26,647 nucleotides of DNA from Flavobacteriaceae bacterium (lineage in GTDB: Bacteria; Bacteroidota; Bacteroidia; Flavobacteriales; Flavobacteriaceae): assembly GCA_008081325.1 (NCBI GenBank), contig VMCO01000177.1, forward strand, positions 1-26,647, read 5' to 3'. Positions 8,903 to 18,213 of this stretch are shown here, piece by piece. The position numbers and the translations under genes were made by a program. The notes beneath the pieces are model-generated. The model saw only the letters and a program-made list of their open reading frames with translations, made no database searches and was not told the origin of the DNA. Position 1 is the stretch's first letter; every line of letters begins with the position of its first letter.

Positions 8903-10765
8903 ATGAAAAAAACCCTCCTAATAATATTAATTTTTCAAGCAATTACAACACACATAAATGCGCAGGAAAATAAATCAGAAATAGAACTTGATCAAGTTGA
9001 ATTGATTTCTAGTCCAAGAATAGAAATTAAAAATACAGATAATTCAATTAGTGTTTTAACAATCTCAAGAGAAGAAATTCAAAAAAGTACAGCCACAAAT
9101 GTTAGCGATTTACTACAACAAATAGCAGGAATAGATATAAGAAGAAGAGGTGCAGAGGGAATGCAAGCAGACCTTTACATAAGAGGAGGCTCGTTTGATC
9201 AAACTTTATTATTGATTGACGGGATAAAAGTTGAAGACCCACAAACCGGCCATCACACAATGAATATGACACTACCTTTAGAGGTAATAGAAAGAATAGA
9301 AATCACAAAAGGATCGGCAGGAAGAATATACGGACAAAATGCATTTACAGGAGCTATAAATATTATTACAAAACAGAATATTGAAAATAATTTAAGCGTA
9401 GAGCTTGCAGGTGGTTCTTTTGATCAAAAAAGAGGAAGCTTAACAGCTCAAAGAAAACTAGAAAACTCAGATATACTATTTAATTATAGCAGAAAAGAAT
9501 CGGAAGGTTATAGATATAATACAGACTTTAAAAATGATGAATTTTTCGTTAAAAGTAATTTTAAAATAAAGAACCAGAATATCTCAGCTATTGGAGCATT
9601 TAATGAAAGAAAATTTGGTGCAAATGGATTCTATGCAAGCCCTGCAGCAATTGATCAATATGAAGAAACGCAAGCCAGTATAATTGGACTAAGCACAACC
9701 TATAAAAAAAATGAATTAATCATTAAACCTAAACTTTATTGGAAGAGAAATCAAGACATGTATGTATATTTAAGGCAAGACCCTTCGGTTTACAGAAACC
9801 TGCATATCTCTGATAAAGTTGGAGTTGAAGTTAATGCGTCTACCCCAAACTCTCTGGGTAATTTAGGGATAGGTTTTGATTTGTCAAAAGTTTCCTTAAG
9901 CAGTAACAATCTTGGTAATAGAAATAGAACCATGTTTAATATGTTTATTGAACAACAAATTAAATTTCAAAATGATAAAATCGATTTTACCCCTGGAGTT
10001 GCTATTTCATATTTTTCAGATGTTTCCACAAGACTAAATTATCAAAGTAATTTTTTCAATAATTTATTTTTCTATCCAGGAATAGATTTCGGATATAGAT
10101 TTAACAAAAACCTGAAAATATATAGTAATGTTGGCTATACATACAGAATGCCTACCTATACAGATTTATTTTATTCAAGCCCCACTACTTTAGGAAATGA
10201 AAACTTGAAGCTTGAAAAAGCCCTTACTAAAGAATTTGGATTAAAATATTTAAAAAATAATTTTAATCTTAGTATGTCTTTATATCAAAGAGACGCATCA
10301 GATATAATTGATTATGTAAAAAATGATGAGGCTGACCCTTGGCAAGCAAGTAATATAAGAGAAATAATCACCAATGGCTTTGAATTAAACATGGGTTACA
10401 AATTCTATTTGGGTGCTTTTAGACCGCAAAGTATAAATATCGGATACAGTAATATTAATGATGATCTTTTAGAAACTGATTTTACTTTTTCTAGGTATGC
10501 TTTAAATTCGTTAAAAAATCAAATAACGGCTACATATATGTTTCAAGTTAGAGACTTTATTTCCTCAACTCTAACTTTTAAAAATTCTAAAAGGCTAAAC
10601 GATGAAAGTTATACGGTAATAGATTTTAGAACCTCTTACATGTATGATAAATTTACAATATCTGTTATTTTAAATAATATTTTAGATGCTGAATATTCAG
10701 AGACAAACCTGGTTCCTATGCCTGGGTTTAATTCTTTGATTGGAATAAAATACTCTATTAACTAA
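8903..10765 (+). CDS. TonB-dependent receptor (short, BtuB-like size; substrate unknown)
   Basis: Signal peptide, LDQVELIS TonB-box-like motif, plug motifs (IRGG, LLIDG, ERIEITKGSAGRIYGQNAFTGAINII) and C-terminal GIKY. Confidence 0.93.
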   Translation: MKKTLLIILIFQAITTHINAQENKSEIELDQVELISSPRIEIKNTDNSISVLTISREEIQKSTATNVSDLLQQIAGIDIRRRGAEGMQADLYIRGGSFDQTLLLIDGIKVEDPQTGHHTMNMTLPLEVIERIEITKGSAGRIYGQNAFTGAINIITKQNIENNLSVELAGGSFDQKRGSLTAQRKLENSDILFNYSRKESEGYRYNTDFKNDEFFVKSNFKIKNQNISAIGAFNERKFGANGFYASPAAIDQYEETQASIIGLSTTYKKNELIIKPKLYWKRNQDMYVYLRQDPSVYRNLHISDKVGVEVNASTPNSLGNLGIGFDLSKVSLSSNNLGNRNRTMFNMFIEQQIKFQNDKIDFTPGVAISYFSDVSTRLNYQSNFFNNLFFYPGIDFGYRFNKNLKIYSNVGYTYRMPTYTDLFYSSPTTLGNENLKLEKALTKEFGLKYLKNNFNLSMSLYQRDASDIIDYVKNDEADPWQASNIREIITNGFELNMGYKFYLGAFRPQSINIGYSNINDDLLETDFTFSRYALNSLKNQITATYMFQVRDFISSTLTFKNSKRLNDESYTVIDFRTSYMYDKFTISVILNNILDAEYSETNLVPMPGFNSLIGIKYSIN

Positions 10766-11225
10766 TATCTCTTAACTTTTGGTAGATAAGATTATTTTCC
10801 CAGCCTCTGTATGTAAAGTAGTTTATAAAAGATCTTTTCTTTTGATCTTTTGTCCCTTTTAAAAATTTAATCTTGCTTGTCGAAAACTCATTGAAGTAGT
10901 TCATATAATCCTCTTCGTTAATTTGATTAATATGTTCGTTAATTGTTTTTATATCAATACCTTTTGATCTTAACTCATACTTTAACTTAATTCTTCCCCA
11001 CTTTTTTATTCTAAGCTTTCCTTGAATAAACATCTTAGTATATCTTTCTTCATTTAGGTAATCATTATCAATCAAATATTCAACTATATTTTCGACTAAT
11101 TGTGAACTTACTTTAAATGAATATAATTTGTTTTTTACTTCCATAACACATCTATCTTGATAAAGACAATAAGATTGAATTTTTTCAATTATTATCTTTT
11201 CATCTTTAGTAAAACTAATAGGCAT
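10758..11225 (-). CDS. recX: RecA regulator RecX
   Basis: Bacteroidota RecX pattern YCLYQDRCVMEV, YLNEERY, KKWGRIKLKYELRSKGI and YRGWE. Confidence 0.88.
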   Translation of the reverse strand: MPISFTKDEKIIIEKIQSYCLYQDRCVMEVKNKLYSFKVSSQLVENIVEYLIDNDYLNEERYTKMFIQGKLRIKKWGRIKLKYELRSKGIDIKTINEHINQINEEDYMNYFNEFSTSKIKFLKGTKDQKKRSFINYFTYRGWENNLIYQKLRDIS

Positions 11226-13617
11226 AGTTCAGAGAAAAAATAAAGTTTAAGCCAGGTGCTGAAATTCCTGATGAATAGGGTCTATATAATTTATTTGTTA
11301 TATTCTCAACAGTAAAATTGATGTTTAGCATTTTGGAAAAAGAATATTTTGATCTAATGTTAAATGTCATCCATGATGGTGAATATGGATTGCCATTTTC
11401 ATCTAATGCATACATATAAGGTTTTGCCCTTTCAGACTCTGCAAGATTACTAAATGATATTTTTGAATTATAATTTAAGTACGAGTCAATTGTAAAATCT
11501 CCATTATTATAAATAAAATGAAAATTGCCATAATTGGGTGGTATATGCCTAACTGGCATTGAAAATGGTAATTGATTTAATTCATATCCAGCAATTAAAT
11601 TATGTTGGGATTTGATACTAAAATTTTTGTTTAAAAACATGTTTATCCCCAATTCCATTCCGTAAATAAAAGACTTTGAACTGTTTTGAAGTGCTTGAAT
11701 TTGAGATAGTTCCCCGTCATAAATTATTTCTGATACCCCGTTACTCAATGTAAAATCATCTCTTATGAATGAGTTATATAAATATGTCACATATGATGAA
11801 AAATCTAATTCGATATTATTCTTTGTTCTAAAGTAACCTCCAAACTCTAGTCCAAAAGATCTTTCTGGTTTTAAGTCAGGGTTTGGAACAACCACGCTTC
11901 CAGGTTCAGAATCAAAAACCTTAGCAAGATCGTCTATGTTTGGAGATCTAAAAGCTGTATTGATATTAAACTTCCAATTATTGTAAATATTTCTAACCCA
12001 ACTTAGTCCAATTCCACCAACAAATGCTCCATTTTTTAATGTTGTATTTTCATACATAAAATCATAATACAGATTGTTTTGTGATAAGTCCGCTTTTAAT
12101 TCCGTTAAACTATATCTTACTCCACTTTGAAAAAACACATCTTCGATGACTTTAGTTTTGTAGTTAACATATAAGCCTAGGGAGCTTAAAGATGAATCAT
12201 CTGGATATCTGGTTGAAATTAAGGTTTCTGTTAAATCATTTATGTCAGTTCTTTTAGCAAATGAACCCACATTGTTTTCAATTAATTCAAACCCATATGT
12301 AATATTAGATTTTTCTGATATTTTTTTATAAAAATCTAAGTTTACCGAAAATATACTTAAATCTTCTTCTCTAGAATTTAAATAGCTATTATTAAATTTT
12401 CTACTATTTCTGCTCTCCGAAAATTTCTGAAAAGAAGAAACAAACTTTAATTCGTCATAAAATTTAGATTGTATTGGGCTAAAAGTTAATTGGCTATTGA
12501 TTAACAGCCATTCCTGTGGTCCATAATACCATTCAGAATAATAGAGTCCTTGATTTTCATCATTTCTGATTAATCTATCATACCTGGGAATATCTCCCGT
12601 TCTAGAAAAATGTATACCCAGATCAATATTTAAATTTTCTCTAGGCTGATAAAAAACTTTTTGCATAAAATTAGTTTGGTTATATGCTGTGTTTCTTTGA
12701 ATCCTTGAATTAGGATTTGTTACAATTATATCACCACCTAAGGAATTTTGACCCACATAATTAGGTCTTAAATAGTCTGATGGTCCGTGAACACCCATAA
12801 TTAAATCCCCAAAATCTGATTTTGAGAAACTTGATAAAAATGCTATCTTCTTTAATCCATAGTTTAGATCTACATGATACATTTTTTCACTTGAAGCTGA
12901 TGAGTACCTTGTATTTAGGTTGATTTTGATGTTTGGTTTTGACCCCGTAGCTAACCTAGCTTTTTTTGTATAGAAGTTCATTACTCCTCCGATAGCATCA
13001 CTTCCGTACAACACAGATGCCGATCCCATAATTACTTCTGTATTTTCGATATTCAAGGGAGAAATAGAAATTACATTATGTATGTTTCCTCCTCTAAAAA
13101 TTGCATTATTTAATCTAACACCATCAACCGACAAAACTAATCTGTTAGTTGAAAGACCTCTAATCATTGGGCTTCCTCCTCCTAATTGACTTTTTTGTAT
13201 AAACACATAACCACCCCTCTCTAGTAAATCAGCACTAGTCATTGGGTTAGTAAATTCAATAGTAGATCTATTAATTTGTGTAACTTTTTTTGGAACTTCC
13301 CTAAACTTCTGTGAAAACTTAGAAGCTGAAATTACCACTTCATCTAATAATTCATTGTCATAAATTAGAGTAAGACTTTCGTTTAGTTTAGATTTAATAA
13401 GTTTTTGCTCCTTAAACCCGTATTGATTTATAGTTAAAGTATCCTTGTTTGAAAATTTGTTCAAGCTTACAAAACCATTCTTATCTGTTGTTGCAAAATT
13501 ACTTACATCACTAAAAACTGAAGCTCCGATTACAGGTTTCTTGTTTTCATCAATTATTAGCAGATCTTGTGAAAAAGATGTAATTGTAAATAATAAAAAG
13601 AAATAAAATTTATTCAC
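11215..13617 (-). CDS. TonB-dependent receptor (heme/hemoglobin-receptor-like group; substrate unproven)
   Basis: GTG start, signal peptide, degenerate N-terminal extension domain, LDEVVISASK, QLGGGSPMIRG, VDGVRLNN, SVLYGSDAIGGV, FRSPN and ENITN..Y motifs. Confidence 0.93.
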   Translation of the reverse strand: MNKFYFFLLFTITSFSQDLLIIDENKKPVIGASVFSDVSNFATTDKNGFVSLNKFSNKDTLTINQYGFKEQKLIKSKLNESLTLIYDNELLDEVVISASKFSQKFREVPKKVTQINRSTIEFTNPMTSADLLERGGYVFIQKSQLGGGSPMIRGLSTNRLVLSVDGVRLNNAIFRGGNIHNVISISPLNIENTEVIMGSASVLYGSDAIGGVMNFYTKKARLATGSKPNIKINLNTRYSSASSEKMYHVDLNYGLKKIAFLSSFSKSDFGDLIMGVHGPSDYLRPNYVGQNSLGGDIIVTNPNSRIQRNTAYNQTNFMQKVFYQPRENLNIDLGIHFSRTGDIPRYDRLIRNDENQGLYYSEWYYGPQEWLLINSQLTFSPIQSKFYDELKFVSSFQKFSESRNSRKFNNSYLNSREEDLSIFSVNLDFYKKISEKSNITYGFELIENNVGSFAKRTDINDLTETLISTRYPDDSSLSSLGLYVNYKTKVIEDVFFQSGVRYSLTELKADLSQNNLYYDFMYENTTLKNGAFVGGIGLSWVRNIYNNWKFNINTAFRSPNIDDLAKVFDSEPGSVVVPNPDLKPERSFGLEFGGYFRTKNNIELDFSSYVTYLYNSFIRDDFTLSNGVSEIIYDGELSQIQALQNSSKSFIYGMELGINMFLNKNFSIKSQHNLIAGYELNQLPFSMPVRHIPPNYGNFHFIYNNGDFTIDSYLNYNSKISFSNLAESERAKPYMYALDENGNPYSPSWMTFNIRSKYSFSKMLNINFTVENITNKLYRPYSSGISAPGLNFIFSLNYAY

Positions 13618-13619
13618 AA

Positions 13620-14324
13620 TTAAAATAATTTTCTTAGAACCTCAAGTGACTTTAAAGAAACAAAATTTTCAATGTGTAGCTTATAATACAAAATAATATT
13701 ATCGAGTAGTTTTTTTCTTTGCACAGGATTAAAGGTTAGCAAACTTAAGTCATCAAAATTTATGCCTAAAATCATATTAAAACAATTCAATTCATCATCA
13801 TAAATAGTATAATTTGAATCTTTAGTATTTGTATAACAACCCTGCTGCAAATCAAAGTATTTATATTCACTGTTTTCCGTTTCAGGGTAAAACCCTAAAA
13901 ACTTAGATAACTGTATAAGAAATAGTAGATGAAAAGACGGGTTAAATTTTGCTTCGTCATAGTATTTAATTGATCCCTCAATAAAATCAAATAGTTCAAA
14001 ATCCTTTTCTTGATGAATTAAAATTTTGGAGAGTATTTCGGATAGAAAAATAATAACTCCCATTTTTATAAAATCGGTGTGGATTGTTTTTAAATTGAAT
14101 TTATATTCAAAATCTTTAAAGTAATGAAGATTTCTTTTACTGTTAAAATCAAATTCAATTTCAAGAAATGAAAGTTGTTGAAAATAATTTGATTTATTCT
14201 TTTTAGACCCTCCTCTTACTATGAATGAGGTGACGCCTAATTCTCTTACCAATAACTTGACAATTAAATCATTGTCTCTGTATTTGAGTTTACTTAAAAC
14301 AATTGCAGTTGAAGAAATAATCAT
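13620..14324 (-). CDS. recO: DNA repair protein RecO
   Basis: N-terminal OB-fold pattern AIVLSKLKYRDNDLIVKLL..LG, FQQLSFLEI, FLSEIL, LSKFLGFYP, and the LKSLEVL C-terminus. Confidence 0.93.
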   Translation of the reverse strand: MIISSTAIVLSKLKYRDNDLIVKLLVRELGVTSFIVRGGSKKNKSNYFQQLSFLEIEFDFNSKRNLHYFKDFEYKFNLKTIHTDFIKMGVIIFLSEILSKILIHQEKDFELFDFIEGSIKYYDEAKFNPSFHLLFLIQLSKFLGFYPETENSEYKYFDLQQGCYTNTKDSNYTIYDDELNCFNMILGINFDDLSLLTFNPVQRKKLLDNIILYYKLHIENFVSLKSLEVLRKLF

Positions 14325-16699
14325 TAGCGAATAATCATTAGTTTCAAAATTTTTGTTTCATAAGAATCTAGATCAGAAAGCATTATAATATAAACTCCTG
14401 AAGCAACATTTTGATTTCTTAAATTTTTTCCATTCCAAAATGCAGTTCCTCCGTCAATTTCTAAATTAAAATTTCTGTATCTGGGGTTTATATTAGATTG
14501 TGCTTCAGCCACTAAATTTCCTGCAATATCTGTAATCTTAAGGTTTACATTTTCAGTTAAACCATTAATTTTAATCTTATCTGATTGAGAATTGAATTGT
14601 GGTCTAACCGGATTAGGATAAACAAAAGCATCCGAAAAATTATCTGAACTTGAGGTGCTGCCCGTATCAAAACTTACTAATCCCTGATCGGTTGCGAAAT
14701 ACACTTTACCATTTGTAAAATTTATGGAAATATCATTTATATTGTTTGAAGGCAAAGGGGAATTATCTTTCGTAAAGTGATAAATTGTTTGTTGACCATT
14801 AGGCGAAAAATAAAACACTCCAGAACCAATAGTCCCAACCCATTTATTATTTGCTCCATCCACCTCAATATTAGTTATATACTGTTGTTCTAACAACTCC
14901 CTTGGGATACCATCTTCTAAAATAACTATCTTCTGAGTTGTAACAATAGGGGTTTCAAAAAAACTAGATGTATTATATAAAACCCTTAGACCCTGAACTG
15001 TTCCAATCCACAGATGATTATTATTATCAACTGCAATTGATTTTACATAAGATGATGGCATATCTGATTGGTCTTGACTAAAAACTTTTCTAAGTTGTAT
15101 GTTGCCTGATTCATTATTAAAACCAATTAAACCCGATCTTAAACCAGCTATCCATTTATTACCATAATCGTCTATTTCAATGTCGTTAAATCCAAGTTCA
15201 TCCTGAAAACCATCATTTATAATTTCAGTAAAATCATAACTATTCCAGCTATTATTATCTAGGTTATATGATTTTAAAGGGCTGTCTATTCTGCAATTTA
15301 AAACCCATAAATCTCCATTTTGATCAAATTCGATGTCAGAAATTCTTAAACTTTCATATTCAGGATCACTGGTAGATAAAGATTCTAGTTCGCTGTTATT
15401 ATTGTTATAAAATTCAACAAAATTGAAATTATCCATCTCCATTAAGCCTCCATGAAAAGAACTGATAAAAACATTATTATTATTAAATGGATTTATGGAA
15501 ATATTATTTAGGTTAACTGATTGGTTAGGAATTGAGTCTTTACTTACATTTAGCCATCTATCTAAATTTTCATCGTAGTTGCTAATTCCACTAAATTTTA
15601 AAGGATATGGATTAAAATATTCAGTGTAATTTCCAAATGAAACCCATGTTTGATTGTTTAGTGTTTCTACAGAAAATATATTATTTTCCAACGGACCATC
15701 AGGCTTCAAATAAGAATAATCGTTGGTATTATTATTAATTAGCAGCACTCCTTTTTCGGATGTTGCTATATATATTTTATTATTTTTTATAATTCCATCA
15801 TTAAAAGTTGTCAAATATTTTTGAGATTCAAAAACATCTAATAATTGTGATAGTTGATCATTATAGATTAGGCAGTTTTCACCAGAAATAATTACAATTT
15901 TAGAGTCTGATGTACTTACGTTTTTAATCTGATTATCCAAGGTCAGTAAATTAATTATTTCTTCATTTTTAAAACCCATTACATTGTAATCGTCATAAAA
16001 AAATATGTTATTATCGTTAAGAAATAATTCATTAACACTGCCATTATAAATTGTTTGCCAATTATTAAATTCTATTAAATTTGAATCTAAATTTGCTCTT
16101 AAAATGCCTAGCTCTGAACTCGATGCAAAAATGAAATTTTCATTGACAACAGTACTACTAATATCTAACATAGATGCAAAATCTCCTATATAATAAGTGT
16201 CTCCAAATTCAAATTCATTTAAATCAAAAACGGAAATACCATAACCTGTTGAAATCAATATTTCATCACCATTTTGATTAAAATGGTTGATTATTTTTCT
16301 GTCTGCAGGAATTGAAGGTTTATTTAAAATGTCATAGACATTAATTATCGTATTTGAGTTTAAATCAATTAGCTGTAAAAAGCCACTACTGTAACCTATA
16401 GCTATAATGTTATTATTTATAGAATGATAAAAAGCTGAAATTTCATCTCCGGACAATTCATTTAAAGTATCAAATTTCTCTATTTGAAATGAAGATGTAT
16501 CGTATGAGAAAATTGCATTATAAGATGCGAAATAAATTATCCCTTCACCATCACCAATTGAAGATATTGAATTAAAAGAAAAATATGTGTCCCAACCGTT
16601 ATATATCGTCGAGTTATTTTCTATAGAGAGCTTATTTTGTTGACTGTACGAAATGCATACGGAAAAAAACAGAAATAAAAACAGTCGAATTTTTAACAT
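14324..16699 (-). CDS. porZ: Type IX secretion A-LPS shuttle PorZ (beta-propellers plus T9SS C-terminal domain)
   Basis: Repeated propeller motifs (IEFDQNGDLW, IEIDDYGNKW, IAVDNNNHLWIGT, IEVDGANNKWVGT, PLPSNNINDI) and a CTD (FVYPNPV..., WNGKN...VASGVY), directly upstream of recO. Confidence 0.85.
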   Translation of the reverse strand: MLKIRLFLFLFFSVCISYSQQNKLSIENNSTIYNGWDTYFSFNSISSIGDGEGIIYFASYNAIFSYDTSSFQIEKFDTLNELSGDEISAFYHSINNNIIAIGYSSGFLQLIDLNSNTIINVYDILNKPSIPADRKIINHFNQNGDEILISTGYGISVFDLNEFEFGDTYYIGDFASMLDISSTVVNENFIFASSSELGILRANLDSNLIEFNNWQTIYNGSVNELFLNDNNIFFYDDYNVMGFKNEEIINLLTLDNQIKNVSTSDSKIVIISGENCLIYNDQLSQLLDVFESQKYLTTFNDGIIKNNKIYIATSEKGVLLINNNTNDYSYLKPDGPLENNIFSVETLNNQTWVSFGNYTEYFNPYPLKFSGISNYDENLDRWLNVSKDSIPNQSVNLNNISINPFNNNNVFISSFHGGLMEMDNFNFVEFYNNNNSELESLSTSDPEYESLRISDIEFDQNGDLWVLNCRIDSPLKSYNLDNNSWNSYDFTEIINDGFQDELGFNDIEIDDYGNKWIAGLRSGLIGFNNESGNIQLRKVFSQDQSDMPSSYVKSIAVDNNNHLWIGTVQGLRVLYNTSSFFETPIVTTQKIVILEDGIPRELLEQQYITNIEVDGANNKWVGTIGSGVFYFSPNGQQTIYHFTKDNSPLPSNNINDISINFTNGKVYFATDQGLVSFDTGSTSSSDNFSDAFVYPNPVRPQFNSQSDKIKINGLTENVNLKITDIAGNLVAEAQSNINPRYRNFNLEIDGGTAFWNGKNLRNQNVASGVYIIMLSDLDSYETKILKLMIIR

Positions 16700-16729
16700 A
16701 TTATACTAGCAATTATGTCTAATAAACGA

Positions 16730-16737
16730 CAAATATA
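16730..16737 (-). promoter_or_regulatory. -7 element for the porZ-recO-TBDR-recX operon
   Basis: CAAATATA on + equals TATATTTG on -. No matching -33 TTG was found. Confidence 0.55.
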
Positions 16738-16764
16738 CCAGTATAATATGTATAAAATAAAAAA

Positions 16765-18108
16765 TTAGATTACTCCTTGAGCTAGCATTGCATCAGCGAC
16801 TTTAACAAAACCAGCTATATTTGCTCCTTTGACATAATTTACATATCCATTTTTTTGCTTTCCATGTTCAATACATGAATTATGAATATTTAACATTATC
16901 TCGCGTAGTTTTTGATCTACCTCTTCCCTAGTCCAATTATATCTTAAAGAATTTTGGGTCATTTCTAAACCTGAAGTAGCTACCCCGCCAGCATTAGCAG
17001 CTTTTCCGGGTGCAAATAAAATTTTAGATTTAAGAAAAACTTCAATTGCGTCTTTTGTAGAAGGCATATTTGCTCCTTCACTTACACATTTACATCCGTT
17101 GTCAACAAGCGTTTTTGCATCTTTACCATTTAATTCATTTTGTGTAGCACATGGTAAAGCAATATCACATTTTACAGACCATGGTGTCTTTCCTTTTTTG
17201 AAAACTGCTTTTGGATATTTTTTTACATATTCACTGATTCTTCCTCGTTGAATATTTTTTAAATACATGATAAATTTCAATTTTTCTTCGTCAATTCCTG
17301 AAGAATCATAAATAAACCCTGAAGAATCAGACATTGTTAATACTTTGCCTCCAAAATGTAGTATTTTTTCAGCTGCATATTGAGCAACATTACCTGATCC
17401 TGATATTACAACTTTTTTACCTTTAATACCATCATTTTGCTGAGCTAGCATGTCTTGAACAAAGTATACCGCACCATACCCTGTCGCTTCAGGTCTAATT
17501 AAAGAACCACCCCATGACATACCTTTACCGGTCAAAACTCCTGTAAATTCATTTGCAAGTTTTCTATATTGACCATACATGTATCCAATTTCTCTACCTC
17601 CAACTCCAATATCACCAGCAGGAACATCAGTATTTGGTCCTATATGTCTGTATAACTCAGTCATAAAAGCCTGACAAAATCTCATTATTTCATTTTCACT
17701 TCTGCCCTTAGGATCAAAATCACTACCCCCTTTACCTCCACCCATAGGTAAGGTTGTTAAACTATTTTTGAAAACTTGCTCAAAAGCCAAAAATTTCAAA
17801 ATACTCATATTTACTGAAGGATGAAATCTTAGTCCTCCTTTGTATGGCCCAATTGCAGAATTCATTTGAATTCTATAACCTCTATTTACCCATATTTCTC
17901 CCTTGTCATCTACCCATGAAACCCTAAATGCAATAGCTCTTTCTGGCTCACACATCCTCATCAAAATGTTTTTACCGTGATAAATGTCATTTTCTATTAT
18001 ATAAGGAATAACTGTTTCTGCGACTTCTTCAACAGCCTGCATAAATTCTGGTTGATGTCCGTCTCTCTTTCGAACAATGTTTAAAAAAGCGTCAATCTTT
18101 CTTTTCAT
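16765..18108 (-). CDS. gdhA: NADP-specific glutamate dehydrogenase
   Basis: GPYKGGLRF, GGGKGGSDF, VPAGDIGVG, RPEATGYG, GSGNV and EGANMP motifs. Confidence 0.97.
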   Translation of the reverse strand: MKRKIDAFLNIVRKRDGHQPEFMQAVEEVAETVIPYIIENDIYHGKNILMRMCEPERAIAFRVSWVDDKGEIWVNRGYRIQMNSAIGPYKGGLRFHPSVNMSILKFLAFEQVFKNSLTTLPMGGGKGGSDFDPKGRSENEIMRFCQAFMTELYRHIGPNTDVPAGDIGVGGREIGYMYGQYRKLANEFTGVLTGKGMSWGGSLIRPEATGYGAVYFVQDMLAQQNDGIKGKKVVISGSGNVAQYAAEKILHFGGKVLTMSDSSGFIYDSSGIDEEKLKFIMYLKNIQRGRISEYVKKYPKAVFKKGKTPWSVKCDIALPCATQNELNGKDAKTLVDNGCKCVSEGANMPSTKDAIEVFLKSKILFAPGKAANAGGVATSGLEMTQNSLRYNWTREEVDQKLREIMLNIHNSCIEHGKQKNGYVNYVKGANIAGFVKVADAMLAQGVI

Positions 18109-18125
18109 AATTAATAATTTTCTTA

Positions 18126-18166
18126 ACCCTAATGAGGGTGAAATTAAATATTAATTAAAATTAGGG
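18126..18166 (-). promoter_or_regulatory. Candidate structured RNA or operator upstream of gdhA
   Basis: On the mRNA strand, AUUAGGGU (18133-18126) can pair with ACCCU (18139-18135, 5 bp) or with CCCUAAU (18166-18160, 7 bp). An inner AATTAA-ATA-TTAATT inverted repeat lies at 18142-18156. Confidence 0.35.
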
Positions 18167-18213
18167 ATTTAAAATTTTTATTTTACCAAAAAAAAGTAGA
18201 ATAATTAACAATT

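Noticed and set aside
8903-10765. Calling this receptor btuB with a cobalamin riboswitch
   Set aside because: Size alone is insufficient, and the 124-bp, nearly G/C-free leader cannot hold a cobalamin riboswitch.
14324-16699. Propeller protein as a hybrid two-component sensor or ABC substrate-binding protein
   Set aside because: No kinase or TM domain. It ends in a T9SS CTD and lies next to recO, consistent with PorZ.
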